64,000 nucleotides of DNA from an uncultured Pseudobdellovibrionaceae bacterium. GTDB lineage: Bacteria; Bdellovibrionota; Bdellovibrionia; Bdellovibrionales; UBA1609. The notes beneath the pieces were generated by a model. It saw only the letters and a list, made by a program, of their open reading frames with translations. It ran no database searches and was not told where the DNA came from. Positions 8,747 through 17,929 of this stretch are shown piece by piece. The translations under genes were made by a program, and so were the position numbers. Each line of letters begins with the position of its first letter. The stretch's first letter is position 1. The stretch is from contig CAZWVK010000001.1 in NCBI GenBank assembly GCA_964636785.1, forward strand, positions 4,789 through 68,788, in the 5' to 3' direction.

Positions 8747-9043
8747 ATGTCAATTGCCATGTCCTGGCAGTATATCGAAACCACAGACCCAAGCCATATT
8801 AAGAAAGAGCGCGCAAAAGCAAGAGAGCTAAAGACCTCTCAGTGGTGGCGAAACCGTCTTGGAGAAGGCGTTTGCTATCACTGTGGGCAAAAATTTGGCA
8901 GAGATGCATTGACGATGGATCATCTTATTCCCATCTCTCGAGGCGGGAGGACGACTAAGAAAAATGTTGTGGTCGCTTGCAAAGGGTGTAATTCTCACAA
9001 AAAAAACCTGACAGTCGCTGAAATTGCACTCAATAATCTCTAA
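8747..9043 (+). CDS. small HNH endonuclease
   Basis: CYHCG...DHLIPISRGGRT..N...CKGCNSHK: a His-Me finger with two CxxC pairs. Confidence 0.8.
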   Translation: MSIAMSWQYIETTDPSHIKKERAKARELKTSQWWRNRLGEGVCYHCGQKFGRDALTMDHLIPISRGGRTTKKNVVVACKGCNSHKKNLTVAEIALNNL

Positions 9044-9088
9044 AGAACACCTTTGAGAAAACAACTTTGAAGAAAGGGCCTTGAGTTC

Positions 9089-10867
9089 GTGTCAAAAATT
9101 ACTTCAAGTAGTACGGCAGAATATTTTGCAAAAAACCTTCAGCAGGTGGGATTTTCATCTCCCTTTAAAGCAGTTTTGACCACCTTGAAAGAGGCGGTGG
9201 ACAACTCGCTAGATGCCTGTGAGGACGCGGGAATCTTACCTGAACTTTATATATCCATTAAAAAAGTCGGCAATGGATCATCTAAAAACACAGATCTTGT
9301 TGAAGTGATTATTGAAGACAACGGACCCGGCCTTGAAGCTGAAGACCTACCAAAAGTTTTTGGTGAGTATCTGGCGTCCTCTAAATTTGGGAGAGGTCGA
9401 TGCTCTCGTGGTCAGCAAGGAATCGGAATCAGTGCCGCAACCACTTGGGCACAGTTGACCAATGCTTCCGGTGTAAAGGTCACTAGTAAAACAACTCGAA
9501 TGAAAAAGGCCGTTCAGGCCATTGTGGACGTGGATATCAAAGGAAACCGCGGAGCACTTAAGAATAAGACGACATTTGATTGGGAGAAAAAGCACGGCGT
9601 TCGTGTGGAATTTCGCATCGATGGTCGAGTGCAGCTCAATGGAGACGGCGGACTTTTGACTTACCTAGAGGGGACGACCCTGGTTAACCCGCACCTGTCT
9701 TTGTCTTATGAGCTATTAGAAGAGCCCATCAAAGTGATTGAGCGAGTCACTGATGAGCTTCCAAAAATTCCACCGGCAACGCTTCCGCACCCGCATACCA
9801 TGAAGCTAGGTGAGTTTATGACTCATGCAGCTTTATTTGGGAAAATGCCATTGGATAATTTCTTAAAAAAAGGCTTCTCTAGGATTTCAGATGGCATTGT
9901 TAAAGATATGGTCAAGCACGGTCTTCCAAAGCCATTGCTCACGAAATCTTTGACCTCGATCGCTGAAAACGATCTTAAAAAGATCTACCAGGCTGTTCAG
10001 GAAACAGACCTGATGGCTCCAAGTACGAAGTCTGTTCTGACTGTAGGTGAAGAAGGCCTTTCAAAAAGTATTCAACGTCTTGGAGAAGTGGACTTCTTCA
10101 GTGTGGTTACACGAAAACCAAAGATTTGCGATTTCAAGCCGGTTGTTGTTGAGGTGGCCATTGCGCGATTTTTAAATCGTGGAAGCGAAGAAAAAGAAAC
10201 TCCAGTTCAGCTTTTAAGATTTGCGAACCGTGTTCCACTTCAGTTTGATAAAGGCGCTTGTGCGATCACGAAATCAGTTGAATCTGTGAGCTGGAGAGCT
10301 TACGGACTGAATCAGCAGAAAAACTCACTACCCACGGGACCATATGTGTTCGCGGTGAGTGTGACCTCTCCATTTATTAAATTTAAAAACGCTTCTAAGG
10401 AAACCATCGACGGAAGTGACGAGCTGGTTGAAGAGATTCGTCGCGCATTGATGCAAGCTGGACAAAAGCTTTCTCGTCACATCCGAGCGGAAGACAAGGC
10501 GGCCGATCTTGAGCGCAAGCTTCAGCACATCGAAAAGTTTGGACCTATTTTAGTTCAAGGATTGGCTCGCATCACGAAAGCCCCTAAATCCAGAGAGAAA
10601 AAGGCGGAAGAAGGACTCCAAAAGCTCTTAGGGCGAGACACATCTTCTGCTGAAGAGGCATTGAAGGTGGCAGAGGAAAAGCTACTGGCGCTGAAGGCTA
10701 AAGAACATGTTTTGCTCGGTACAGAGGAAGAAGTTGAAGAAGCTATCAATAGCGAAACTGCGGAAGAGTTTGCGCAGGAAGCGGTGAAGCGCTCAACCAA
10801 GAAAGCAACCAAGAAGACAACGGCAAAGGCTGCCGCCACGACTAAGAAAGTCGCCAGGAAGAAATAA
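9089..10867 (+). CDS. top6B: DNA topoisomerase VI subunit B (GHKL ATPase + transducer) with a lysine-rich C-terminal tail
   Basis: Bergerat-fold boxes EAVDNSLDA, EDNGPGL, SRGQQGIGISAA. Long transducer region. The tail ends KKATKKTTAKAAATTKKVARKK. GTG start. Confidence 0.85.
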   Translation: MSKITSSSTAEYFAKNLQQVGFSSPFKAVLTTLKEAVDNSLDACEDAGILPELYISIKKVGNGSSKNTDLVEVIIEDNGPGLEAEDLPKVFGEYLASSKFGRGRCSRGQQGIGISAATTWAQLTNASGVKVTSKTTRMKKAVQAIVDVDIKGNRGALKNKTTFDWEKKHGVRVEFRIDGRVQLNGDGGLLTYLEGTTLVNPHLSLSYELLEEPIKVIERVTDELPKIPPATLPHPHTMKLGEFMTHAALFGKMPLDNFLKKGFSRISDGIVKDMVKHGLPKPLLTKSLTSIAENDLKKIYQAVQETDLMAPSTKSVLTVGEEGLSKSIQRLGEVDFFSVVTRKPKICDFKPVVVEVAIARFLNRGSEEKETPVQLLRFANRVPLQFDKGACAITKSVESVSWRAYGLNQQKNSLPTGPYVFAVSVTSPFIKFKNASKETIDGSDELVEEIRRALMQAGQKLSRHIRAEDKAADLERKLQHIEKFGPILVQGLARITKAPKSREKKAEEGLQKLLGRDTSSAEEALKVAEEKLLALKAKEHVLLGTEEEVEEAINSETAEEFAQEAVKRSTKKATKKTTAKAAATTKKVARKK

Positions 10868-10880
10868 GGATATATAAATT

Positions 10881-12044
10881 ATGGCTAAAATTCGAATTCG
10901 AGAGCTGACAAAAGATATTCCTAAGGAAGCAAAGAATCTTTGTGAGAATATGCTTTCTGATCTTGAAAAGGCAAAGCGTCCGGTTTTATCGGCCGTGAAG
11001 TGTTCACTGGATAATTCCTTTTATGATCCGAAGGTGGGCTTTTTAACTCCTGGAGATAAGACTGTAAAAACAGAGCTCAATGTTTCGTCCGTTCAAAAGA
11101 TGGCGCGAACCGTTTTTATGCTTGAAATTCTTTTAGAGAATTTAAAATCAGGCGCGGTAAACACAAAAAGGGAGCTTTACTATATTTCTAAAGGTTTGGT
11201 GAGAAGCAATCCTCATTTTAAGCCTCTAGATTTTGATGATCAGCCTGAGAGTGATTCGATTGTGGATTTCATTTGTGATATGCTTGAAGTTTATCGTGAG
11301 GAAATGAACTGCTTTGCTAACGATCGTGGTGGTCAAACCTATTCTCAGAACTTAGTCGTAACTGAAACTTTATCCGGCGGTGAAACTGCGGTTGTGGATT
11401 TAAGCACTCTTGGAACAACACCGTTTCAGCCGAAGAACAAACCGCAGCAGTTCAAGTTAAAATCAAAAAAAGGAAAAATTGATTTTTGCTTAGTCATTGA
11501 ATCAGAAGGTACGGCGAACACGCTTGTGGCAAATGGAATGCATAAGCGTCACAACTGCATCATCTTAGGTGCTCAAGGGGTGCCATCCAATGGTGTTCGC
11601 GGATGGTGTAAAACCATTCAAGATCAATTGAAAGTTCCCATGTTCTTCTACGGAGATCTGGATGCTTACACTCTTCAAAACATTTACCGGACATTGAAAG
11701 CAGGGTCTGCGGCCAGTCTTATTCGAAACTCGGACTTCTCTGCACCTGAGGTTCACTTTCTTGGGGTATTGCCTGAAGACGTTAAGAAGTATGATCTTCT
11801 TTGCTATAATGTGAGTGAAAAGGATGTTTCCGAAGCTAGGTCTTTAAAGAAGGCAAAGGATGCTCTTCAGAACGATCCCTTCTTTCAGGATAAAAAGAAC
11901 AAGCGTCTGGCGGATATCTTGCGCTGGCTTGTAAAAGAAAAGAAGCGTTGTGAACAGCAAGCTGTCTTTTCAGTGGATCCTAAAGATCCATTGATCTTGG
12001 AAAAGATTATTGTGGAAAAAATCAAGAAAGGAGCGTACGTATAG
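10881..12044 (+). CDS. top6A: DNA topoisomerase VI subunit A (Spo11/Top6A)
   Basis: 5Y-CAP tyrosine context KRELYYISK. Toprim motifs LVIESEGTANTL and FFYGDLDAYTL. Lies 13 nt after top6B. Confidence 0.85.
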   Translation: MAKIRIRELTKDIPKEAKNLCENMLSDLEKAKRPVLSAVKCSLDNSFYDPKVGFLTPGDKTVKTELNVSSVQKMARTVFMLEILLENLKSGAVNTKRELYYISKGLVRSNPHFKPLDFDDQPESDSIVDFICDMLEVYREEMNCFANDRGGQTYSQNLVVTETLSGGETAVVDLSTLGTTPFQPKNKPQQFKLKSKKGKIDFCLVIESEGTANTLVANGMHKRHNCIILGAQGVPSNGVRGWCKTIQDQLKVPMFFYGDLDAYTLQNIYRTLKAGSAASLIRNSDFSAPEVHFLGVLPEDVKKYDLLCYNVSEKDVSEARSLKKAKDALQNDPFFQDKKNKRLADILRWLVKEKKRCEQQAVFSVDPKDPLILEKIIVEKIKKGAYV

Positions 12045-12049
12045 GCTCT

Positions 12050-13630
12050 ATGAGCTTATCACGTCGCGAATTTTTAGAGTTCCTTGGTATTTCCGCCAGT
12101 GCTGCTTTTGCCACTCAGCTTTCTGGATGTTCAAGTCTTGAAAAATGGGTTTCTGGCTCTGCATTTAAAGCACTTGCACCTACCGATAAAGATGATTTGG
12201 TGTTGGCCGATGGGTTTTCCTATCGGCGCCTTGTCTCCTGGGGAGATAAGATCAACTCCAACGGTGAAATATTTGGTTTCAACAATGATTATCTCGCTGT
12301 CCTTCCATTGAAAGGTTCATCATCACTCCTTTGGGTGAACCATGAGTATGTCGATCCGCTTTTTGTGAGTGGCGTTCCGTTTGGAAAGGATCGCACAAAG
12401 AAACAAATGAAAAATGAAATGCATTCCGTTGGTGGATCGATTTTAGAGATTACGCAATCCGGTGGTGAGTGGGCGCTTGTGCCGAATTCACTTTATAATC
12501 GAAGAATCACTGCATTCACTAAAATTCCTTTTTCAAATGGTGAGAAGATTCAAGGCTCCAATGTCGCCGTTGGAACGATGGCGAACTGTGCGGGTGGTGT
12601 GACTCCTTGGGGTACAGTTTTAACCTGTGAAGAGAATTACGACACGTTCTGGGGTGAGGCCAGATTTGATTCTCTAGGCAAAAGGCATGTTGATTACACA
12701 GTTGCAGAATGGGGTTGGTATAAGTTTGAAGGCCGACCACCAGAGCATTATGGTTGGGTTGTGGAAGTCGACCTTTCAACCGGTAAAGCGGTTAAGCACA
12801 CTGGGATTGGACGTTATGCTCATGAATGTGCAACGACAGTGATCTCCAAATCGGGTGAGCTTGTTGTTTACTCTGGAGATGATGCGGAAGATGAGCATCT
12901 TTATAAATTCATATCTGATTCGCCGACATCTTTGAAAAGTGGAAGGCTTTACGTCGCTTCCTTAGAGCAGGGCCGTTGGCTTCCTTTGGATAGAAATGCG
13001 GATTCAAAACTTAAAGCTAAATTTCAATCTCAGCTTGATTTGTTGATTCGTACACGAGAAGCCGCAAAGATTGTGGGTGCAACTCCACTGGATCGCCCGG
13101 AAGATATTGAGATTCATCCGCAAACAGGTGATGTGTTTGTGGCGCTCACGAACAATAAATCTAAGGGCAATCTTTTTGGATCACTTTTAAAGATTCGTGA
13201 AAAGGATGGAGATTCAAGTTCGCTTGAGTTCGAACATTCGACTTTTCTTGCAGGTGGTAAGGATACTGGCTTCGCATGCCCTGATAATTTGGCATTTGAT
13301 CGAAAAGGTGATCTCTGGTTTACGACCGATATGTCAGGATCTGTTATGAACAAAGGAGAGTATCGTCCATTCAAGAACAATTCCTTATTCTATGTTCCGA
13401 TGAAGGGAGCCGGTGCAGGTAGGGCACATCGTGTGGCATCTGGTCCCATCAACTCAGAGTTGACTGGGCCCTATTTTTCGCAAGATGGAAAGACGCTCTT
13501 TCTCTCTGTGCAACACCCGGGAGAGCGTTCGACTTCATTGGATCAAATGTTGAGCCATTGGCCAGGTGGCGGCGACTCCATGCCTAGACCATCTGTGGTG
13601 ACGATTTCTCTGCCTGATTTCGTGCTTTGA
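12050..13630 (+). CDS. phoX: PhoX-family (DUF839) secreted phosphatase with a Tat signal
   Basis: Twin-arginine leader MSLSRREFLEFLG...A. PhoX-like blocks NCAGGVTPWGT..TCEEN, DRPEDIEIHP, PDNLAFD, SVQHPGE. Confidence 0.8.
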   Translation: MSLSRREFLEFLGISASAAFATQLSGCSSLEKWVSGSAFKALAPTDKDDLVLADGFSYRRLVSWGDKINSNGEIFGFNNDYLAVLPLKGSSSLLWVNHEYVDPLFVSGVPFGKDRTKKQMKNEMHSVGGSILEITQSGGEWALVPNSLYNRRITAFTKIPFSNGEKIQGSNVAVGTMANCAGGVTPWGTVLTCEENYDTFWGEARFDSLGKRHVDYTVAEWGWYKFEGRPPEHYGWVVEVDLSTGKAVKHTGIGRYAHECATTVISKSGELVVYSGDDAEDEHLYKFISDSPTSLKSGRLYVASLEQGRWLPLDRNADSKLKAKFQSQLDLLIRTREAAKIVGATPLDRPEDIEIHPQTGDVFVALTNNKSKGNLFGSLLKIREKDGDSSSLEFEHSTFLAGGKDTGFACPDNLAFDRKGDLWFTTDMSGSVMNKGEYRPFKNNSLFYVPMKGAGAGRAHRVASGPINSELTGPYFSQDGKTLFLSVQHPGERSTSLDQMLSHWPGGGDSMPRPSVVTISLPDFVL

Positions 13631-13732
13631 GGAGCGTTTTACGTTTTTTGTCACAGATGGATCTTTTGGGACAAAATTTGTCGTTAGTGGCAACTGAAAA
13701 CAAGTTAAACATATTCTAGCTCTCTTGAACCT

Positions 13733-13748
13733 GGGCACTATCCTTGCT
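13733..13748 (+). promoter_or_regulatory. candidate sigma-54 (-24/-12) promoter
   Basis: GGGCAC-tatcc-TTGCT against consensus TGGCAC-N5-TTGCW. GG/GC spacing is correct and only the first T is mismatched. Lies 33 nt upstream of ATG 13781. Confidence 0.5.
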
Positions 13749-13780
13749 TTTAGAGCATGTGAGGATAGGAGACGTGTGCT

Positions 13781-15349
13781 ATGGCTAGGAAGCTAAATAT
13801 ATCTTATAGATCGGTGATTTTCCTTTTGGCAGTGTCCTTTATGGCCATTGGGTGCGCGGATAATCGTGGCTTTCAAACCAAGCGTTTGAAAACACCAGCG
13901 ATTTTCGATCAGAAGCCAGGCGGCGAGAACCAGCCTGAAACTCAACCTCCTCAAATGACAGCTCCTGTTTTAACACCAGAAGAAATCACTGAGAGAACGG
14001 ATCAGGCCATTGAGAATAGAACTGAGAGAATTTCGGATTCGACTTTCGTTTACAATGAAGGTGGCAACGAAACTCAAGTTACAGAGTCTGAAATTGAAGA
14101 GAAAAAGCAGGAGCTTCGCGAAAAGGCTATCACAACAATGAATCTTCCAGCGGATCAGCAGATTCTAAAGGGCCTAAGTCTTTCTCTGAATCAAGGGGCA
14201 ACTGCGGGAAGCATTCCATTAAATATAAAGGGTGTCGTAAATATTGATGGCACTTTGGATTTTTTCACTGCCAATTTGGTTTTAAGCAAAACAGATCAAA
14301 GAATTTCTGGAAAAGCCTCTGCTCTTCAATGGGTCAGCAATCGTTCAGATGTGCAGACCCAAATTTCTGCATATTGCAATGGCGCAGCAGATGCGGTCTG
14401 CAGTGAGATTTCGGTAACGGTTGAGCTTACGCGCGGAGAGAGCGAGCAAGTCTTTGTGGCTCAGTACTCTCAAACCAATGAAGGGTTTGAGATTTCAGGT
14501 TCATCGACAGGTCTTTTGAGCTTTGATGACGCCTCTCAAAGCACAAGCTCGGAAGATGAGCCAGCGGAAGATGATAATATTGAAACTGGTGATGAGCAGG
14601 TCGAAGAGGCACAAGGTGAAGACACTCCGGCTGAGGAAGCTCAACCAGAGGAGACTCAAACTGAAAATACTCAAAGTGAAGAGCAGCAAGAAGCCCCGGC
14701 TCAACAAGAAGTAGCTGTTGAAGAAACTCCAGCGGCACAAGACCAGTCACAACAACAACAGCAGCAGGCGGATCAGCGCCGTGCGGATCAGCAAAGACGT
14801 GCTGAACAAGCGCGATTAGCTCGTCAAGCGGAGCAAGAGTCAATGGATGCATTGAGAAAGTATCAAGCTGAAAAAGCTCAAACCGCTGCTCAGCAAAAGC
14901 GTGCTGAAGAGATGCGCCGCTTTCGTCAGGCTGACCAACAGTCGATGGATAATTTAAGAAAATACCAGGCTGAAAAAGCTCAGGCTGCAGCAGCGACAAA
15001 AACGCATCGTCAAGCGGAGCAAGAATCCATGGACGCGTTGAAAAAGTATCAGGCTCAACAAGAGCCAGCTGCAAAAACGCATCGCCAAGCAGAGCAGGAA
15101 TCCATGGATGCGCTTAAGAAATATCAGGCTGAGCAAAAACGACTTGAGCAGTTAAGACAATTTCGAAAGGCCGAGCAACAGTCTATGGAAGCTCTACGTC
15201 GTCAGCAGCAACAGAAGCAAGAGCGTAAGCTCTCTCTTCCGGAGCTTCGACGAAAAGCCGAGGATGAGTCTATGAAAGAGCTTGAGTATCAAAGAAAGAT
15301 CGAAAAGATCTTAAAAGACAATGAGGACGCCAGAAGCCAGGAAGTCTAG
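13781..15349 (+). CDS. lipoprotein with an acidic linker and a Gln/Glu-rich repeated C-terminal region
   Basis: Lipobox FMAIGC. Acidic low-complexity stretch. Six copies of R-[QK]-A-[ED]-[QD]-[EQ]-S-M-x-x-L-x-[KRY]-[YQ]-Q. Confidence 0.75.
   Translation: MARKLNISYRSVIFLLAVSFMAIGCADNRGFQTKRLKTPAIFDQKPGGENQPETQPPQMTAPVLTPEEITERTDQAIENRTERISDSTFVYNEGGNETQVTESEIEEKKQELREKAITTMNLPADQQILKGLSLSLNQGATAGSIPLNIKGVVNIDGTLDFFTANLVLSKTDQRISGKASALQWVSNRSDVQTQISAYCNGAADAVCSEISVTVELTRGESEQVFVAQYSQTNEGFEISGSSTGLLSFDDASQSTSSEDEPAEDDNIETGDEQVEEAQGEDTPAEEAQPEETQTENTQSEEQQEAPAQQEVAVEETPAAQDQSQQQQQQADQRRADQQRRAEQARLARQAEQESMDALRKYQAEKAQTAAQQKRAEEMRRFRQADQQSMDNLRKYQAEKAQAAAATKTHRQAEQESMDALKKYQAQQEPAAKTHRQAEQESMDALKKYQAEQKRLEQLRQFRKAEQQSMEALRRQQQQKQERKLSLPELRRKAEDESMKELEYQRKIEKILKDNEDARSQEV
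14822..15298 (+). repeat. in-frame degenerate tandem repeats (6 units, spacing 75-102 nt)
   Basis: Units start at 14822, 14924, 15008, 15083, 15164 and 15251. Units 3 and 4 are a near-identical 75-nt duplication (aaaaacgcatcg... at 14998 and 15073). Confidence 0.85.
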
Positions 15350-15357
15350 CTTGATGA

Positions 15358-15615
15358 TTAACGTCGGCCAAGCCTTCGATTATTATATTCTCGAATCGAA
15401 TAAAATCCATACGTGATAGCCTTAATGCTATCACGTATTTCTGTTTTTACAGCCTCATAAGAATAACTCGGCAGTGGAGTTCCTTGGGAATTGAGAGCTG
15501 TTAAATACTGACTTAATACACGCTCAACCAAATCCTCTTGAGGGGCATCATCAAATTCGCCGCTTTGAATGGCATCCAAAACGAATTGATAAGGGCTTGT
15601 TTCTTTAGGCGACAT
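15358..15615 (-). CDS. hypothetical small protein (85 aa)
   Basis: ORF only, no recognisable motif. Convergent with the upstream gene (8-nt gap) and divergent from the NFACT gene (17-nt gap). Confidence 0.45.
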   Translation of the reverse strand: MSPKETSPYQFVLDAIQSGEFDDAPQEDLVERVLSQYLTALNSQGTPLPSYSYEAVKTEIRDSIKAITYGFYSIREYNNRRLGRR

Positions 15616-15632
15616 ACGTATAGATTAATCTG

Positions 15633-16916
15633 GTGAAGACGCTAGCGCCAGGGGAAATTCGACTTCTTGTTCACACTCTTCATCATCTTGAGGGTGCAAG
15701 GCTTCAGGCCGTTTATTCTACTAAAAAGGATTTGATTTTAGAATTTTGGCTCAAAGGGGATCTTTATTTTTTATGGTATGAAGACTCCAGCCTTAGGCCC
15801 TTCGTTTCATTCTGGCCACAGGAGCTGCCACTCAAATTTAAAAAATCACAAACGCCCATCGGTTTATTCTTAAAAGCTCATTTCGTTGGGAACCACCTCA
15901 CTTCAGTGACATTTCATCCAGAGTTTGGGCGAATGTTTCGACTGTATTTTCATAATGAACTCTCCATTGAATTTCGACTCTTTACCCATGGTTCAAATGT
16001 CATTGCAAAGACGAGTGATAAGCAAATCAGCCTTCATAAGCCGAAGAGCCTACAGAAAGTGGAAAAGGAGTTTGAGGAATCCCATCTTCGAAGTGTGGAA
16101 GAGTTCTCAAATGAGTGGCTTCAGTTTCATTCCAAAGTCCGAATGAAGGGGGCTGTTTCTGACAGCAAGCATTCAAGTGACCACCTCGAAAAAGAGCTGG
16201 CAAAAAAGAAAAAGAAGCTCGCAAGGGCTATTCAACAAGTGAGTGAAGAGCTTGAAAAGAAGGAAAACTCTTTGTTTCAAGAAGTTGGAGAGTGGCTCAC
16301 TCAGAATCGTTCCTATTCAAATCTTCCAGATGAATATATCCCATTTGTTGACCAGCGAAGATCTATTCACTGGAATGCAGATCATTGCTTTCAAAAAGCA
16401 AAGGAGATTCGGAGAAAACAAATCGGAACGCAGTCACGCCTCAACGACCTAAAGGCTGAGCTGAAGAGTCTTGAAGAAAAAGGAATCGCTGCACTTGAAG
16501 CGAGATCTAAAAGAGCGCCAGAGCGCCTTCACTCCAAAGATGAAATCAAAGCTCGAAGCTTTCAGGTCAGTCCAGATTTGAAAGTCATCTCCGGAAAAAA
16601 TGCGAAAGACAATATGGCTCTCTTAAGACGTGCCCAAGGATGGGATCTATGGTTTCATCTTCGCGACTTTCCAAGCAGTCATGCGGTTTTGTTTCGTGCT
16701 AAAAAGCGAGAAGTCACTCCACATGAAGAAGACAAGGTGATTCAGTGGTTCTTTAAACAGACATTTGGCAAAAAGTGGGAGCAAGAATTAGGCAATAAAT
16801 TAGATGTGATTGTTGCCGAGTGTCGTTTTGTAAAACCCATTAAGGGGGATAAGCAAGGTCGCGTTCATTATCATAATGAAAGAGTGCTCAGAAGAGAAGT
16901 TCAGCCGAGTGATTGA
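15633..16916 (+). CDS. NFACT-family protein (RqcH/FbpA-like, contains the DUF814/NFACT-R domain)
   Basis: C-terminal GKNAKDNMALLRRAQGWDLWFHLRDFPSSHAVLF matches the NFACT-R core (G.N..N..L......D.W.H..d.pGSHv). Coiled-coil middle region. Short, at 427 aa. GTG start. Confidence 0.7.
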   Translation: MKTLAPGEIRLLVHTLHHLEGARLQAVYSTKKDLILEFWLKGDLYFLWYEDSSLRPFVSFWPQELPLKFKKSQTPIGLFLKAHFVGNHLTSVTFHPEFGRMFRLYFHNELSIEFRLFTHGSNVIAKTSDKQISLHKPKSLQKVEKEFEESHLRSVEEFSNEWLQFHSKVRMKGAVSDSKHSSDHLEKELAKKKKKLARAIQQVSEELEKKENSLFQEVGEWLTQNRSYSNLPDEYIPFVDQRRSIHWNADHCFQKAKEIRRKQIGTQSRLNDLKAELKSLEEKGIAALEARSKRAPERLHSKDEIKARSFQVSPDLKVISGKNAKDNMALLRRAQGWDLWFHLRDFPSSHAVLFRAKKREVTPHEEDKVIQWFFKQTFGKKWEQELGNKLDVIVAECRFVKPIKGDKQGRVHYHNERVLRREVQPSD

Positions 16917-16987
16917 GAGTGAAGCTTGACAGCTTTTATGAAGGCGTTATCTTTTAAAAGTCATATATTATTTTGGGAGGAAATGAA

Positions 16988-17929
16988 GTGATAGAAGTCA
17001 AAGGTCTCTCGAAATCCTATGGTGATCGCAAGGCGATCAGTGAAATCGATTTTACAGTCAATAAAGGTGAGGTTGTTGGGTTTTTAGGCCCCAATGGTGC
17101 AGGTAAGTCGACCACAATGAAAATCATAACGGGCTATATGGCACCCACCGATGGTCAGGTCTCAGTGGCAGGATTTGATATTTTCGAAAATCCAATTGAA
17201 GTGAAAAGGCGAATTGGATATTTGCCAGAAACCCCACCTGTCTACACCGATATGAAAGTGGGCGCTTATTTGAAGTTCTGTGCCAAGCTCAAAGGTGTAC
17301 CAAGTGAGGAACTCGAGGTTTCAGTTGAGCGCGCATTGAAGAAAACGAGTTTGGAATCAGTAAAAGACAGAATGATTGGCAACTTATCAAAAGGATTCAG
17401 GCAGCGGGTTGGTCTTGCGCAAGCACTAGTCTCTGATCCTGAGGTTTTGATTTTAGATGAGCCTACGGTTGGCCTTGATCCAAAGCAAGTTGCCGAAATG
17501 AGAAATCTGATTAAAGAATTAAAAGGACAGCACACCATTATCTTGTCCACTCATATTCTTTCTGAAGTTCAAGCGAGCTGCGACAAGGTTATTATTATCA
17601 ATAATGGAAAGATCATTGCTGAAGACAATCTGGCAGGCCTTTCAAAGAGAATGTCTGGTGGTGGCCAGCTCAGAGTTCGCGTAAAGCGGCTAGCTGATCA
17701 AGTGGCACAGGAGTTGGTACAAATTGAGAATGTCAGAGAAGCAAAAAATACTGGCAATTATGTTGAAGTTCTAACGGATGGAAGTGATGCGGCTACTGAA
17801 AAGGTTTCTGAAAAAGTTGTTTCTATGCAGGCCGGGCTTCTTGAGCTTCATAGCTCTTCACTCAGCCTGGAAGATATCTTTATTGAACTGACTGGTGAGA
17901 AGATCACTCAAGAGGAGGTTTCACCATGA
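16988..17929 (+). CDS. ABC transporter ATP-binding protein (GldA-like, ABC-2 type)
   Basis: Walker A GPNGAGKST, signature LSKGFRQR, Walker B LILDEP. GTG 16988 with GGAGG 7 nt upstream is preferred to TTG 16973. Confidence 0.9.
   Translation: MIEVKGLSKSYGDRKAISEIDFTVNKGEVVGFLGPNGAGKSTTMKIITGYMAPTDGQVSVAGFDIFENPIEVKRRIGYLPETPPVYTDMKVGAYLKFCAKLKGVPSEELEVSVERALKKTSLESVKDRMIGNLSKGFRQRVGLAQALVSDPEVLILDEPTVGLDPKQVAEMRNLIKELKGQHTIILSTHILSEVQASCDKVIIINNGKIIAEDNLAGLSKRMSGGGQLRVRVKRLADQVAQELVQIENVREAKNTGNYVEVLTDGSDAATEKVSEKVVSMQAGLLELHSSSLSLEDIFIELTGEKITQEEVSP

Noticed and set aside
14427-15136. Antisense and alternative-frame ORFs (215, 79, 63 and 60 aa) inside the repeat lipoprotein gene
   Set aside because: They have low-complexity composition mirroring the sense-strand repeats. 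The sense frame has a lipobox, an RBS and a coherent motif structure.
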